The translations under genes and the position numbers were made by a program. The notes beneath the pieces were generated by a model. It was given only the letters and a program-made list of their open reading frames with translations, was not told where the DNA came from and made no database searches. This document shows positions 18,844 through 30,202 of a stretch of 64,000 nucleotides of DNA, piece after piece. Every line of letters starts with the position of its first letter. Within the stretch, counting starts at the first letter, position 1. Source of the stretch: an uncultured candidatus Porisulfidus sp. (GTDB taxonomy: Bacteria; Pseudomonadota; Gammaproteobacteria; Poriferisulfidales; Poriferisulfidaceae); NCBI GenBank assembly GCA_965199755.1, contig CBDASZ010000002.1, forward strand, positions 256,001 to 320,000, in the 5' to 3' direction.

Positions 18844-20730
18844 ATGATCACCATGAAACAGTATCCATTGCTGGAACGCATCAACACTCCTTCCGATTTG
18901 CGCGAATTAAATGAATCGGAGTTGCAGGGCGTTGTCGACGAATTACGCGAATATTTGATTCACAGCGTCGCACACTGCGGCGGACATTTCGGAGCCGGAT
19001 TGGGGGCTGTCGAATTGACGGTGGCGCTGCACTATGTGTTCAACACCCCGCACGACAATCTGGTCTGGGATGTCGGACACCAAAGTTACGGACACAAGGT
19101 ACTGACCGGACGACGTGACAAGTTGAGAACCATCCGGCGCTGGGAAGGCCTCGCACCCTTCCCCGACCGTGACGAAAGTATCTACGACAGCTTCGGCGTC
19201 GGACACTCCAGCACCTCGATCAGCGCGGCTCTCGGCATGGCGTTAGCCAGTCGCAACGCCGATGAGGATCGCGAAGCGGTCGCCATCATTGGCGACGGTG
19301 GCCTGACCGCGGGACTGGCATACGAAGGCCTCTGCCATCTTGGCGATACCGGTGCCAATGTGCTCGTCGTGCTGAACGACAACCGGATGTCCATCTCTCC
19401 AAACGTCGGTGCCATGACCAAGTACCTAACCCGTATTCTGGCCGGTAGCAGTTATGCCTCGATGGTCAAGGGCAGTGAGTGGATACTCAACAGCATCCCC
19501 GGCGGGATTCGTAACCTCGCCGCAAAAATGGAGAAGCAGGTCAAGGGCATGTTTGTGCCCGGCAGCCTGTTCGAGGAACTGGGACTGAGTTACTACGGTC
19601 CGGTGGACGGACACGATTTGCCGGAACTTCTGAAAATCATGACGCAGGTGAAACAGCACAGCGGCCCTCGCCTTCTACACGTGGTCACCTGCAAAGGCAA
19701 AGGCTACCAGCCGGCAGAAGAAGATCAGGTGGGGTATCACGCGGTGCCCAGCGGCTTCGACCCGGAGATCGGCGTGGTGAAAGCCCCCAAGAATCCGAAT
19801 GCGGCCAAAACCTATACCCAGATCTTCAGCGACTGGCTGTGCGATCAGGCGTCGGAAGACACCCGACTGCTGGCGGTCACCCCAGCCATGCGAGAAGGCA
19901 GTGGGCTGGTTCGCTTTGAGAAGGAATATCCCGACCGTTACTTTGATGTGGCGATCGCCGAGCAGCATGCTGTCTGCGTCGGTGCCGGCATGGCATGCGG
20001 CGGCGCGAAACCGGTCGTCGCCATTTATTCCACCTTCCTGCAGCGCGGCTACGATCAGTTAGTCCACGACATTGTCGTGCAGCAACTGGATGTGCTGCTG
20101 GCGGTTGACCGGGCCGGCATGGTTGGTGCTGACGGCAAGACGCATGTCGGCTCTTTTGATCTGTCGTACATGCGCTGCCTGCCTAATCTGGTGATCATGG
20201 CTCCCTCCGATGAGGATGAGTGTCGCAAATTGCTGACCACCGGCTATCAGCATCGAGGCCCGGCGGCCGTGCGCTATCCGCGCGGAACGGGACCCGGTGC
20301 CACTGTTGACCCGGCACTGGAAGCAGTGGAAATCGGCAAGGCCCGCCCGGTGCGCGAAGGTAGCAATGTCGCGTTTCTGGTATTTGGCAGTTTGCTGGAC
20401 CAGGTACTGCCCATCGCTGAGGATTTGGATGCCACTTTGATTGACATGCGTTTTGTCAAGCCTTTGGATGTCGAGTGCATCAAACAGGCCGCGGACACGC
20501 ATGACATGCTGATCACCGTCGAGGACAACGTACTGGCCGGAGGAGCCGGCAGTGCCGTCGCCGAGACGTTCGGCCCGGATGAGTCGGTGCGCTTGTTGCG
20601 CCTTGGTTTGCCGGACCACTACATCCCGCACGGCACACGCGAAGAGCAACTTTCGAGCGTAGGCATGGATACCGCAGGAATGCGGGCAACCATAGAGCAA
20701 GCCGGAATCCCCCGCGGAAGCAAACGTTGA
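18844..20730 (+). CDS. dxs: 1-deoxy-D-xylulose-5-phosphate synthase
   Basis: GGHFGAGLG, WDVGHQ, GHSSTSISA, IAEQH, YSTFLQR, DRAG, RYPRG motifs. Confidence 0.98.
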   Translation: MITMKQYPLLERINTPSDLRELNESELQGVVDELREYLIHSVAHCGGHFGAGLGAVELTVALHYVFNTPHDNLVWDVGHQSYGHKVLTGRRDKLRTIRRWEGLAPFPDRDESIYDSFGVGHSSTSISAALGMALASRNADEDREAVAIIGDGGLTAGLAYEGLCHLGDTGANVLVVLNDNRMSISPNVGAMTKYLTRILAGSSYASMVKGSEWILNSIPGGIRNLAAKMEKQVKGMFVPGSLFEELGLSYYGPVDGHDLPELLKIMTQVKQHSGPRLLHVVTCKGKGYQPAEEDQVGYHAVPSGFDPEIGVVKAPKNPNAAKTYTQIFSDWLCDQASEDTRLLAVTPAMREGSGLVRFEKEYPDRYFDVAIAEQHAVCVGAGMACGGAKPVVAIYSTFLQRGYDQLVHDIVVQQLDVLLAVDRAGMVGADGKTHVGSFDLSYMRCLPNLVIMAPSDEDECRKLLTTGYQHRGPAAVRYPRGTGPGATVDPALEAVEIGKARPVREGSNVAFLVFGSLLDQVLPIAEDLDATLIDMRFVKPLDVECIKQAADTHDMLITVEDNVLAGGAGSAVAETFGPDESVRLLRLGLPDHYIPHGTREEQLSSVGMDTAGMRATIEQAGIPRGSKR

Positions 20731-20754
20731 CCGCCAAGTAACCAACTCAGTCTC

Positions 20755-20795
20755 CCCGCATGGAGTGGCACACTGTGTGCTACTCCTTACGCGGG
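20755..20795. other. Long intergenic hairpin/palindrome
   Basis: GGAGTGGCACA-CTG-TGTGCTACTCC core (20762-20786), extended by CCCGC/GCGGG. Confidence 0.5.
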
Positions 20796-20865
20796 TGCTA
20801 AAATTCGCCACCGAGCCTGACCGACAGAGCTTTCTGTTTAGGGTTCCACCGCACAACACGTATTC

Positions 20866-21360
20866 ATGAATTTTTTGCCCGAGCATACTGTTCAAGCCAA
20901 CAAGGTGGTGGAGTTCACTTACCGCATTCTGGACCAACACGGAAAGGTTCTGGAGCAGATCGACGTGCCCGTCTCCTACGTGCACGGCAGTGAACACGGC
21001 CTGTGGCACCGCGTTGAAGCGGCGATCGAAAATCGCCGCGCCGGAGACACCGTCGAAGTCTTAGTGCGCCCAAAAGATGCCTTTGGTGATTCAGATCCGG
21101 ACTTGCTGATCACACAGAATCTGGAGCATGTGCCGCCGCAGTTTCGGCATATCGGTGCGGAAGCGGATTTCCAGAATGAGGAAGGCGACATACATCGTTT
21201 TCGGGTGACCGCGATCGAAGGTGACACGCTGGTGCTGGACGGCAACCACCCGCTCGCCGGCAAAACCCTGAAGTTCTTTGTCAACATCCTGAACGTGCGT
21301 GACGCCACTGAAGAAGAAGTACGCAATCCCGACAGTCTCAGCACCCCCATCGTCCACTGA
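20866..21360 (+). CDS. slyD: FKBP-type peptidyl-prolyl isomerase, SlyD-like without the His-rich tail
   Basis: YVHG, P.DAFG, LDGNHPLAGKTLKFFV..VRDATEEE motifs. Confidence 0.88.
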   Translation: MNFLPEHTVQANKVVEFTYRILDQHGKVLEQIDVPVSYVHGSEHGLWHRVEAAIENRRAGDTVEVLVRPKDAFGDSDPDLLITQNLEHVPPQFRHIGAEADFQNEEGDIHRFRVTAIEGDTLVLDGNHPLAGKTLKFFVNILNVRDATEEEVRNPDSLSTPIVH

Positions 21361-21371
21361 TTCTCCGTGCT

Positions 21372-23714
21372 GTGAAGATCATTGGCGGCGTTCTTGCCTT
21401 GGTGCCGCTTTTCATATTCCTGCTCTACACCAGTCGCCCGCAACTCACCGGCGACATTGCACTATCCGCACTCGGTGACACCGTCGTGGTGCGTCGCGAC
21501 GCCCTCGGCCACACCACCATTGAGGCGAGTTCTCGACTGGACCTCGCACGCGCCACCGGTTTCGTTCACGCTCAGGAACGCTTTCTGTCGATGGACCTGC
21601 GCCGCCGCCTCACCGCAGGCGATCTGGCCTCCCTGCTCGGCCCGTTGTCGCTGGATTTTGATCGCAACATCCGAATCCACGGGTTTCGCGAACAATCCCG
21701 ACGCATGATCACCGAACTGCCGCCGCAAGAGCGGCAGATATTGGAGGCCTACACCGACGGCGTCAATCAAGGTCTCGCCACGCTGGGGATATGGCCGTTT
21801 CCGTATTCTCTGGTCGCGCAAAAACCGCGCGCATGGCTGCCGGAAGACAGTCTGCTGACGCTGTTCGCCATGCACCTGGTGCTGCAGGGCAGCCGCTGGC
21901 AGTACGATGCCACCGTCACCGCTCTGACCGAAGCTCTGGGGCCTGAGGCAGCTGATTTTCTGGCTCCGACTGATTCGCATCACAACGCCGCGCTGGATGG
22001 CTCCGCACCTTCGTGGCAGACCCCGCACATCCCACCGCCTGAAGCAGTTGATTTTCGCGAACTGCCGCTGGAACTCGACGCGCTCAGTGAAGTGCGGGCG
22101 CACTGGGAACGCGAACGCAGCAAGGAAAATTCCGGCAGCAGCGCCGCCGCAGTACAGGGCGTGTTAACCGAACACGGAGGTGGCTTGCTGGCGAATGACA
22201 TGCACCTGGTGTTGCAGGTGCCGAACATCTGGTACCGGGTGCACTGGAAATGGCAGGACGGAGACACCCCGCGCATGGCGAGCGGCCTCAGCCTCCCCGG
22301 CATGCCCTGGTTGGTGGCGGGCAGCAACGGACAGATCGCTTGGGGATTCACCAACAGCAACGTCGACAGTCAAGATCTGATCACTCTGGATTCGAGCGAG
22401 CCTCCACTAGAAGAAGTGACGGAAACCTACGAAGTCGCTTTTTATCCCGACCCTGAACCCGAATTGCGCCTGCAATCGCGCTGGGGACCGGTGGTGCAGG
22501 CGTCCCGTGACGAATCTGCCGAGGACTCTCCCGTATTCGCCTTGCGCTGGGCCTCGCACTGGCTGCACGGGCGACACATCAATTTCAGTAGTATTGAAGC
22601 CGCATCCACAGTGGACGCGGCCATGACCCTGTTTCAGCGTTCGGCCATCCCCGCGCAAAACATTCTGATCGCGGACTGCCACGGCAATGCCGGCTGGACG
22701 GTTGCCGGACAACTCTTTCACCGTAACGGATTCCGCGGCCGCACCGCCGTCTCAAGTGCGCAGTTAGCGCAGCCGCAACCCCAGTGGCTCACCCCTGATG
22801 AGTATCCGCGCGTGTTACAACCACGCCTGTGGTCCGGGAACCAGCGACATATTGGCGGAGAAGCTTTCGCACGGCTCGGTGACGGACGCTACACAGCCTC
22901 AATGCGCGCCCGCCAGATCAAAACACGCATGCTGGAGCGGGACCAGTTTGATGAAGCCGCCATGTTCGCGCTGCAAGTTGACGCGCGAGCGGATTATCTG
23001 GTCGAATGGCACAAACGCATGGAGCGAATTCTCGACCACCCCACCGTCGCCGATCTGGCCTCACAGCACGCGGTGCGAGAGATCCTCAATAACTGGGACG
23101 GCTACGCAAACATCGAAAGCGTCGGCTACGGACTGGTACGCAACTTCAGAAAACGCACCCATGAACTGTTCCTGCGCGTCTTGCTAACACGCATGGAGGC
23201 CTACCCACACTTCCACGCCAACACCTTGCGCTGGCAACTGGACGGACCGCTCACACGTTTAATTGAGGCCGACACCCAACACTTTCTGCCGCAAGGCTAT
23301 GCGCACTGGGATGATCTGATGGCGCAAGCCCTGCACATCACTTTGGAAGAACTCACGCAAGAAGACACCGCTTTGGATACCATCGTCTGGGGAGAAGTCA
23401 ACCGCTCGGAAATCCAACACCCCTTGTCACTCGCCTTGCCGGCTTTGAGTCCGCTGCTGGATCCCCCCGCGTACCCGCAGGCCGGTGACCTCAACATCCC
23501 GCGCGTGGCCCGACCCCGATTCGGTGCCTCACAGAGAATGGTGGTCGCACCCTGCCGTGAAGAACACGGCATCATGCACATGCCCGGTGGACAATCCGGC
23601 CATCCCTTGTCGCCGTTCTATCTCGCCGGCCACGAAGACTGGGCGCTTGATCGACCAAGCCCGTTTCTGCCCGGACCGGACTATGCCGTGATGACCTTAA
23701 GTCCCGCTCCTTAG
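21372..23714 (+). CDS. Penicillin acylase / AHL acylase family Ntn-hydrolase (peptidase S45)
   Basis: GFVHAQER..MDLRRR, LEAYTDGVN, LLANDMHL..PNIWY, AWGFTN, GASQR, PGGQSGHPLSPFY motifs. N-terminal anchor. Confidence 0.92.
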   Translation: MKIIGGVLALVPLFIFLLYTSRPQLTGDIALSALGDTVVVRRDALGHTTIEASSRLDLARATGFVHAQERFLSMDLRRRLTAGDLASLLGPLSLDFDRNIRIHGFREQSRRMITELPPQERQILEAYTDGVNQGLATLGIWPFPYSLVAQKPRAWLPEDSLLTLFAMHLVLQGSRWQYDATVTALTEALGPEAADFLAPTDSHHNAALDGSAPSWQTPHIPPPEAVDFRELPLELDALSEVRAHWERERSKENSGSSAAAVQGVLTEHGGGLLANDMHLVLQVPNIWYRVHWKWQDGDTPRMASGLSLPGMPWLVAGSNGQIAWGFTNSNVDSQDLITLDSSEPPLEEVTETYEVAFYPDPEPELRLQSRWGPVVQASRDESAEDSPVFALRWASHWLHGRHINFSSIEAASTVDAAMTLFQRSAIPAQNILIADCHGNAGWTVAGQLFHRNGFRGRTAVSSAQLAQPQPQWLTPDEYPRVLQPRLWSGNQRHIGGEAFARLGDGRYTASMRARQIKTRMLERDQFDEAAMFALQVDARADYLVEWHKRMERILDHPTVADLASQHAVREILNNWDGYANIESVGYGLVRNFRKRTHELFLRVLLTRMEAYPHFHANTLRWQLDGPLTRLIEADTQHFLPQGYAHWDDLMAQALHITLEELTQEDTALDTIVWGEVNRSEIQHPLSLALPALSPLLDPPAYPQAGDLNIPRVARPRFGASQRMVVAPCREEHGIMHMPGGQSGHPLSPFYLAGHEDWALDRPSPFLPGPDYAVMTLSPAP

Positions 23715-23733
23715 AAAACACACGCCGGTGCAT

Positions 23734-23982
23734 TCAATCGGCTTCCAGCCAGCGCACCAGATAATACAGAAATTGCCCTTCTGAGGACTTTGACGGCCCC
23801 AGCACCTCGGCTGCGTGCCGTTGGGTATCCGAATGCGCCAAGCGCAATGCTTCTTGTGGATCCGCCGCCAGCGTCACCAGACCTGCCGGAAAGCGCCGAC
23901 GCCGACGATGCGGACTATGGATGACCGCGAAATGTGTTTGCGACACTGCCGTCTCGGGATCCGGCGGCACCACTCCGCGCAT
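23734..23982 (-). CDS. Hypothetical protein (82 aa)
   Basis: Start overlaps the accC stop. Ends GPSKSSEGQFLYYLVRWL. Confidence 0.75.
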   Translation of the reverse strand: MRGVVPPDPETAVSQTHFAVIHSPHRRRRRFPAGLVTLAADPQEALRLAHSDTQRHAAEVLGPSKSSEGQFLYYLVRWLEAD

Positions 23983-25331
23983 TATTCAGACTCGGCGTTG
24001 CTGCGATTTTCCAGCCAGTGAATATTCACGCCGCCGGCCTGAAATTCCTCATCCTCAATTAACTCCTGATGCAACGGGGCATTCGTGCGAATGCCGTCGA
24101 CCACCAGTTCGGTCAGCGCCCGGTGCATTCGCCGCAGCGCCACTGTGCGATCGCGCGCATGCGCCACCACCTTGCCAATCATTGAGTCATAGTTGGGCGG
24201 AACTTCATAACCGGTGTATAAATGCGTGTCCATGCGCACACCGGGGCCACCCGGACTGTGAAAATGCACCACCCGCCCCGGCTGCGGCAAGAAGGTTTCG
24301 GGGTCTTCCGCATTGATGCGGCACTCCACTGCATGCCCGCGCATCTGCACTTCAGACTGCTTGATGCTCAGGCGTTCGCCCTGTGCGATCAGCAACTGAT
24401 GCCGCACCAGATCCACACCCGTGACCATCTCCGTCACCGGATGCTCGACCTGAATGCGCGTGTTCATTTCAATGAAGTAGAACTCGCCGTCCTGATACAG
24501 AAACTCAAAGGTGCCCAGACCGCGGTATTCCATTTTCTGGCAGGCTTGCGCCAGACGCTCGCCCAACTGCTGGCGCTGCTCAGGCGTAATCCCCGGTGCC
24601 GGCGACTCCTCGATTACCTTCTGGTGCCTTCGCTGCACCGAACAATCACGCTCGCCCAAATGAATCGCATTGCCGTACGTATCCGCCAGCACCTGAAATT
24701 CAATATGTCTGGGTCGTTCCAGAAATTTCTCCAGATACACCTCGCTGTTGCCAAAAGCGGCCTGAGCCTCGGTGCGCGTCAATTCCAGTGCCTCCTCCAT
24801 ATCCTCTTCCGCATGCACCACGCGCATGCCGCGACCGCCACCGCCCGCGCTCGCTTTGATCATCACCGGATAGCCGATGTCGCGCGCCAGCGCCCGACAT
24901 TCGCCGGCATCCTCCGGCAGTGCGCCGTCGCTGCCTGGCACACAGGGAATATCCACCGACATGGCCGCCTTGCGCGCCGCCACCTTGTCGCCCATCTCCC
25001 GGATGTTTTGCGCCTTCGGGCCAATAAAGACGAAACCGCTGGATTCCACGCGCTCGGCGAAATCGGCGTTCTCGGACAGAAAACCGTAACCCGGATGAAT
25101 CGCCGCGGCGTTGGTGACTTCAGCCGCCGAGATGATGGCCGGGATGTTCAGATAACTTTGCTGCGAATCCGCAGGCCCGATGCACACAGATTCATCCGCC
25201 AGACGAACATGCAGCAAGTTCCGGTCCACTTCAGAGTGCACCGCCACCGTGCGAATGTCCATATCGCGGCAGGCGCGCAGGATGCGCAAACCGATTTCAC
25301 CACGATTGGCGATCAGTACCTTGTCCAGCAT
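23982..25331 (-). CDS. accC: Acetyl-CoA carboxylase biotin carboxylase
   Basis: [34 protein letters not shown] motifs. Confidence 0.98.
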   Translation of the reverse strand: MLDKVLIANRGEIGLRILRACRDMDIRTVAVHSEVDRNLLHVRLADESVCIGPADSQQSYLNIPAIISAAEVTNAAAIHPGYGFLSENADFAERVESSGFVFIGPKAQNIREMGDKVAARKAAMSVDIPCVPGSDGALPEDAGECRALARDIGYPVMIKASAGGGGRGMRVVHAEEDMEEALELTRTEAQAAFGNSEVYLEKFLERPRHIEFQVLADTYGNAIHLGERDCSVQRRHQKVIEESPAPGITPEQRQQLGERLAQACQKMEYRGLGTFEFLYQDGEFYFIEMNTRIQVEHPVTEMVTGVDLVRHQLLIAQGERLSIKQSEVQMRGHAVECRINAEDPETFLPQPGRVVHFHSPGGPGVRMDTHLYTGYEVPPNYDSMIGKVVAHARDRTVALRRMHRALTELVVDGIRTNAPLHQELIEDEEFQAGGVNIHWLENRSNAESE

Positions 25332-25337
25332 GGGAGC

Positions 25338-25796
25338 TCAGCCAATGATCACCAGCGCCTGACCATACTCGACCGGCGTGGCGTTTTCCACCAGAACCGC
25401 TTTCACCGTACCCGCGACATCCGCTTCAATCTGATTGAGCATCTTCATCGCCTCGACAATGCACAAGGTGTCGCCCACATCAACCTGATCGCCGACCTTG
25501 ACGAACGGATTGGCACCTGGAGAAGGCGAGGTGTAGAACGTCCCCACCATCGGTGATGCCACCACATGCCCTTCAGGCAGACCCTCTCCCTCCGCCGACG
25601 CTTCCGCAACCACCCCTGTCGGACTTGGCGCAGCCGCAGCGGCGGCGACCGGAGCCATCATCGGCGCGGGAGCCGGCACAGGCACGGATGAGGCCCGGCT
25701 GATGCGGACCGTGGCATCTCCTTCTGAAATTTCGATTTCCGCGACGTCTGATTCCTCCAGCAACTGGATCAGACTTTTGATTTTGCGCAAGTCCAT
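25338..25796 (-). CDS. accB: Biotin carboxyl carrier protein
   Basis: [20 protein letters not shown] motifs. Confidence 0.98.
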   Translation of the reverse strand: MDLRKIKSLIQLLEESDVAEIEISEGDATVRISRASSVPVPAPAPMMAPVAAAAAAPSPTGVVAEASAEGEGLPEGHVVASPMVGTFYTSPSPGANPFVKVGDQVDVGDTLCIVEAMKMLNQIEADVAGTVKAVLVENATPVEYGQALVIIG

Positions 25797-25810
25797 CGTG
25801 CGCCCCTCAA

Positions 25811-26251
25811 TCAGGCGTTCAGCCGCTCGACCGCCGCCCGCAGCGCCAGCTCATAACCGAGCGCGCCAAAACCGCTCACCACCCCGACGGCGATATCGGA
25901 CAAGTAGGAGACCTGACGAAACTCCTCGCGCGCGTACACATTCGACAGATGCACCTCAATGAACGGGATCGCGACGCCAAGCAAGGCATCACGCAACGCG
26001 ATGCTGGTGTGCGTGTACGCACCCGGATTGAACAAAATAAATTCCACATGATCGGTTCGCGCCTCGTGAATGCGATCAATCAGCGCGCCTTCCGAATTGG
26101 ATTGCAGCGTCTCAATGGTACAGCCAAGATCTGCGGCCGCCGTCCCGACATCAATCATAATGTCTTCGAGCGTGTCGGTGCCATAGACTTCCGGCTCGCG
26201 CGTACCGAGCAGGTTCAGATTGGGGCCATTGAGAATGAGGATGCGCGACAC
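25811..26251 (-). CDS. aroQ: Type II 3-dehydroquinate dehydratase
   Basis: [33 protein letters not shown] motifs. Confidence 0.98.
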   Translation of the reverse strand: MSRILILNGPNLNLLGTREPEVYGTDTLEDIMIDVGTAAADLGCTIETLQSNSEGALIDRIHEARTDHVEFILFNPGAYTHTSIALRDALLGVAIPFIEVHLSNVYAREEFRQVSYLSDIAVGVVSGFGALGYELALRAAVERLNA

Positions 26252-26360
26252 GAGCAGAAAAGGTAGCAGCAGACGCGATCAGTATAGCACAAAAAAAGAA
26301 GATAAGCGGAGTTAGGCTAATTTTGGCGGGAAATAGCGTCAGATAACTGGTAAATAAGCC

Positions 26361-28148
26361 TTATTGCGCAAATTCCAGCACTTCATTAAGTTGTTCGGCG
26401 AAGTCGTCTGCCGATATATAACTGACGGTTCGATACGCGCGCAGTTCCTCACCGTCCGCAGTATAAAACAGGATTGCCGGAGGACCAAACAGATCGAGCG
26501 ATGCCAACAGTTCCTGATCCGCCGCGTCATTGTCCGTAACATCCACCTGCAACCGTATGAAATGCTGCATGCGCTGCTGCACAAGCGGGTCGGGGAAAGT
26601 AAAGGTCTTCAGCTCCTGACAGGTCACGCACCAGTCCGCATAAAAATCCACCAGCACCGGTTGCGTCGCGGCGGCGAGTTCCTGCTGCAGATCTTCAACC
26701 GTCTTGATCGGGCGGTACGCCAGCAGTTCCTGTTCCGGCGCGGCGCTGTCCATCAGAGGTGCCAAGGGCCGCAACACACTGGTGCCACCACTGATCCCGC
26801 CGACCAGAAACACCGCGCCATAAACCAACAGCACCACGCCCACGGCCTTACCTAGCCGCAACGCACGATCGGCTTGCCGGTCCAGCGTATCCAGTGCCCG
26901 CATATAGACGCCGGTGAAAATCAGCAGCAAGCCCGCGGCAGCCAGAGTGAGTTGGCCCGGCCACACCCGGTCCAGCATCCAGATCGACAGCGCCAGCAAC
27001 AAAATGCCAAAGAAACTGCGCACGCGCGTCATCCAGGCTCCCGCGCGCGGCAGGAATCGACCCTCAAAGACACCGAACAACAACAGCGGAATGCCAAGCC
27101 CCAGCCCCATGGAGAACAAACTGACCGCGCCGCGCACGGCACCGCCCTCATGCGCGATGTGAAGCAACGCACCGACCAGAGGCGGTGAGACACAGGGACT
27201 GGCGATCAGTGCGCCGAGCGCGCCCATGATGACCGCGCCGACATAATTGCCGCCGCCGACACGCTGACTGAGTTCGTGCACGCGAGTATTCAGCACGCTG
27301 ATGAAGCGCATCTCGTAGACGCCAAACATCGACAACGCCATGGCGATCAGAATCACAACAAAGGCAGCAATAATCCACGGGTCTTGCATGTACGCCTGCA
27401 GATTGGCCCCGGTGAGTCCGATGGCCACACCCAGCACCGCGTAAGTGGAGGCCATCGCCAGCACATAAGAAAGTGACAGGCGAAACGCGCGCCCAGTACT
27501 GGTAGCACCGGCAATCACTCCGGCCAGAATCGGAATCATCGGCAGCACACAAGGCGTCAGCGCCAGCAACAAGCCAAAACCCAAAAACGCGAGGAAACTC
27601 CACCACAAGGTCGTCTGCGACAAGTCCGCGGCAATTTGATCCGAACGCGACAGCAACATGTCCGGCGACACTGAGGAAGAATCCGATACGCTCAGCAAAA
27701 CCTCTTCCGCGGACACCCACTGCAGCGCCACCGTCTTGACCTGCGGCGGGTAACACACCCCGCGCTCCGCGCAGCCCTGATAATGCGCCTGCAGCGTCAT
27801 GGTCTCGCCCGCGCCCGCAGGCAACTGCAAATCCACCGACAGACCGCCCGAATACGTGGCCACCTGACCGAACAGCGGATCATCCTTGATGGCCCCGTCC
27901 GGCAGTTCGTAATCGATTTCGCCCGCCGGATCAGTGGCGACAAACCGCATCTTGTCGCGATACAGATAGTAGCCTTCGGCGATCTGGAAGCGTGCCTGCG
28001 CACGCTGCGGCCCGCTCGCGCTCATCACCAGCACGAAGGCTTCATCCGGGTGCAGAAACTCCGACTCGTCCTCGCCAAACAAATCCACCGCCGCCGACCA
28101 TGTCGGCCACGATGCCAGCAATGCGATCAGACCGAGCCGCTTAACCAT
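26361..28148 (-). CDS. dsbD: Thiol:disulfide interchange protein DsbD
   Basis: QGC..GVCYPP, LTPCVLPMIP, SPCVSPP, FYADWCVTC motifs. Confidence 0.96.
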   Translation of the reverse strand: MVKRLGLIALLASWPTWSAAVDLFGEDESEFLHPDEAFVLVMSASGPQRAQARFQIAEGYYLYRDKMRFVATDPAGEIDYELPDGAIKDDPLFGQVATYSGGLSVDLQLPAGAGETMTLQAHYQGCAERGVCYPPQVKTVALQWVSAEEVLLSVSDSSSVSPDMLLSRSDQIAADLSQTTLWWSFLAFLGFGLLLALTPCVLPMIPILAGVIAGATSTGRAFRLSLSYVLAMASTYAVLGVAIGLTGANLQAYMQDPWIIAAFVVILIAMALSMFGVYEMRFISVLNTRVHELSQRVGGGNYVGAVIMGALGALIASPCVSPPLVGALLHIAHEGGAVRGAVSLFSMGLGLGIPLLLFGVFEGRFLPRAGAWMTRVRSFFGILLLALSIWMLDRVWPGQLTLAAAGLLLIFTGVYMRALDTLDRQADRALRLGKAVGVVLLVYGAVFLVGGISGGTSVLRPLAPLMDSAAPEQELLAYRPIKTVEDLQQELAAATQPVLVDFYADWCVTCQELKTFTFPDPLVQQRMQHFIRLQVDVTDNDAADQELLASLDLFGPPAILFYTADGEELRAYRTVSYISADDFAEQLNEVLEFAQ

Positions 28149-28453
28149 TGCAGATAGTCCGGTGCGCCATCCACGACCGGCAGCACAATCAACTCTGGTA
28201 GCTCATACGGATGCTGTTCGGGGAGCGCCTCATGCAAGCGCACGTACGCCTCGCGGGTAGTCTTGATTAACAACAGAATCTCTGGTGTATCCTCCAGTTG
28301 ATTCTCCCAAAAATAAGTGGATCGTGCTTTCATGCGGGTGACGCAGGCGGCGAATTTATGCTCCACCATCCAGGTGGATAACTGCCGCGCGCTCTCCTCG
28401 TCCGCGACGGTCGTCATCGCAACCACAGGGTCAGAATCGACAGAACTCATCAC
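28127..28453 (-). CDS. cutA: Divalent-cation tolerance protein CutA
   Basis: AACV, STYFWE, LLIKT, HPYELPE motifs. Confidence 0.94.
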   Translation of the reverse strand: MMSSVDSDPVVAMTTVADEESARQLSTWMVEHKFAACVTRMKARSTYFWENQLEDTPEILLLIKTTREAYVRLHEALPEQHPYELPELIVLPVVDGAPDYLQWLSGSV

Positions 28454-28465
28454 GGCACTCCAGCG

Positions 28466-29923
28466 TCAGGGGACCACTATTTTGACGACCGCTCCAGCCG
28501 CAGGTTCCCCATTCGGGTAATCCGCATTGTACAACCGCAACATCGCCTCGGCATGCGTATCCCACTGTGCGCCCGCCGCATAATCGCTATAAGTGTCGCC
28601 CGCAACCGCCTGAATAATTTTTATACGACGCGGGCGCGCCAGCGCGCGCTCCTCATCGCGTAGAGGACGCACACTTAAAAGGCTCTCCTCAATGGCCCGC
28701 TGATGCAGGTTTCGACCCGTGCGCGATGCGCGCACCACCGTCAACAGCATTACCCCCTGCGATTGCTCCATTACAGTCAGATTCACATAGCCTTCCTCGC
28801 TCTGCACCCAGCCCTGACAAATTCGGTAGCCACCGGGATGCTGCGCCTCGCGCAAGGGCCGGCGATGCTCAAAATGTTGCCGGATAAAATCGCAGGCCGA
28901 CTGCCCCAGCAGACGCTGGTACAACATCAAACCAATCTCGGCGGTACCGTCCGGCGCACGCGCGACCAGTTGATGCACGCCGTTGTCAATGCCCCAGCCC
29001 GCCGGAAACGACATCATGTGATCGTACGGGCCGTGGTAGAAATGCCGACCGCGCACGATGCCCTGCGCCGCACTGGACCCGATCACCAGACCATCGATTT
29101 GCTGTAAGTATCGCTCCCGTTGTATTTCTTTGGCTGTGGAGGCAGCCCGGCCCGCATGTAGCGCGGCGTTCCTCATACGCTCCTCAGTATCCGGGTGCGA
29201 CGCGAACAAGTGATACAAGAAAGGCTTGTCTCTCCCGGTGCGCTGCTTTTCGACCGTTTCGTAATCCTGCATGGCGCGAAAAAAATCCAGCGCAGCCTGC
29301 GGATCGTAGCCGGCTTGCGCCATGTATTGCACCCCCAACTTGTCGGCTTCTCTCTCCGCATCCCGACTGTACCTGCTCAGGTGCATCGCAGTCAGTACAT
29401 TGCCGGCCTCTCGAACCAGTTTGCTTTCCGATGTCTTGAGAACAATGTAGCGGGCCAACTCGGCCAGTTGCTGCCGCCCTATCTGCTGCGCGATGTGCCG
29501 CGCCGTGATATGCGCGAGTTCGTGTCCGAGCACCGCGGCCAGTTCTGCCTCTGAATTGAACAGCGCCAGTATGCCGCGCGTGACATAGACGTAGCCCGGT
29601 ATGGCGAACGCATTGACGATTTCATGGTCCAGCACCGTGAACTGATAATCCAGATCCGGGCGGTGCGTGTGCGGCACGATCGACTCGCCCACCCAGGTCA
29701 CATAACGCTGCAAATCCTGATCGGGATACACCCCGAACTCGGCAATCAGCTGCTGGTGTGCCTGACGCCCTAGTTCTAGTTCCTGCTCTTCATCCACCGC
29801 CAGCCAGTCAGTCTCACCGGTGACCGGATTGACTGTGCCGCCCATGCAGGCGCACAGCGCCAGACAAGGCGTCAGCGGAAGGAGTCGGGAAAAGAAGGAG
29901 CGGCGGCCGCGATCAGCTGCCAT
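28466..29923 (-). CDS. M48 family Zn metalloprotease lipoprotein with LysM-like C-terminus
   Basis: Lipobox LCAC, NAFAIPG, GHELAH, EREAD, SHP motifs. Confidence 0.9.
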   Translation of the reverse strand: MAADRGRRSFFSRLLPLTPCLALCACMGGTVNPVTGETDWLAVDEEQELELGRQAHQQLIAEFGVYPDQDLQRYVTWVGESIVPHTHRPDLDYQFTVLDHEIVNAFAIPGYVYVTRGILALFNSEAELAAVLGHELAHITARHIAQQIGRQQLAELARYIVLKTSESKLVREAGNVLTAMHLSRYSRDAEREADKLGVQYMAQAGYDPQAALDFFRAMQDYETVEKQRTGRDKPFLYHLFASHPDTEERMRNAALHAGRAASTAKEIQRERYLQQIDGLVIGSSAAQGIVRGRHFYHGPYDHMMSFPAGWGIDNGVHQLVARAPDGTAEIGLMLYQRLLGQSACDFIRQHFEHRRPLREAQHPGGYRICQGWVQSEEGYVNLTVMEQSQGVMLLTVVRASRTGRNLHQRAIEESLLSVRPLRDEERALARPRRIKIIQAVAGDTYSDYAAGAQWDTHAEAMLRLYNADYPNGEPAAGAVVKIVVP

Positions 29924-30113
29924 AGCGCTTGCGGTACTTGTCTACCTGACGCGCGGTCTCCAGAATTTTTTGCTTGCCGGTATAGAACGGATGGCAGTTC
30001 GAGCAGATCTCCACATGCAACTCGTCCCCTTCCATGGTGGAACGGGTCTCGAAATGATTGCCACAGGCACAGGTAACCGTAACTGTGTGATAGTCGTATT
30101 GGTTGGCACGCAT
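29913..30113 (-). CDS. rpmE: 50S ribosomal protein L31 (Zn-binding type)
   Basis: [22 protein letters not shown] motifs. Confidence 0.96.
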   Translation of the reverse strand: MRANQYDYHTVTVTCACGNHFETRSTMEGDELHVEICSNCHPFYTGKQKILETARQVDKYRKRYGS

Positions 30114-30202
30114 GATCGGCATCGACAGGAAAAACCAGTTTTCTGGGGGCGCTATTGTAGCAAATGAGCACACCGTTCTCGAATCTGTGCGCTGTCTGCT
30201 AT

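Noticed and set aside
24222-25556. Long antisense ORFs such as 444 aa opposite accC, 384 aa opposite glnD and 316 aa opposite dxs
   Set aside because: These are shadow ORFs typical of high-GC coding sequence. They have no motifs and lie opposite well-supported genes.
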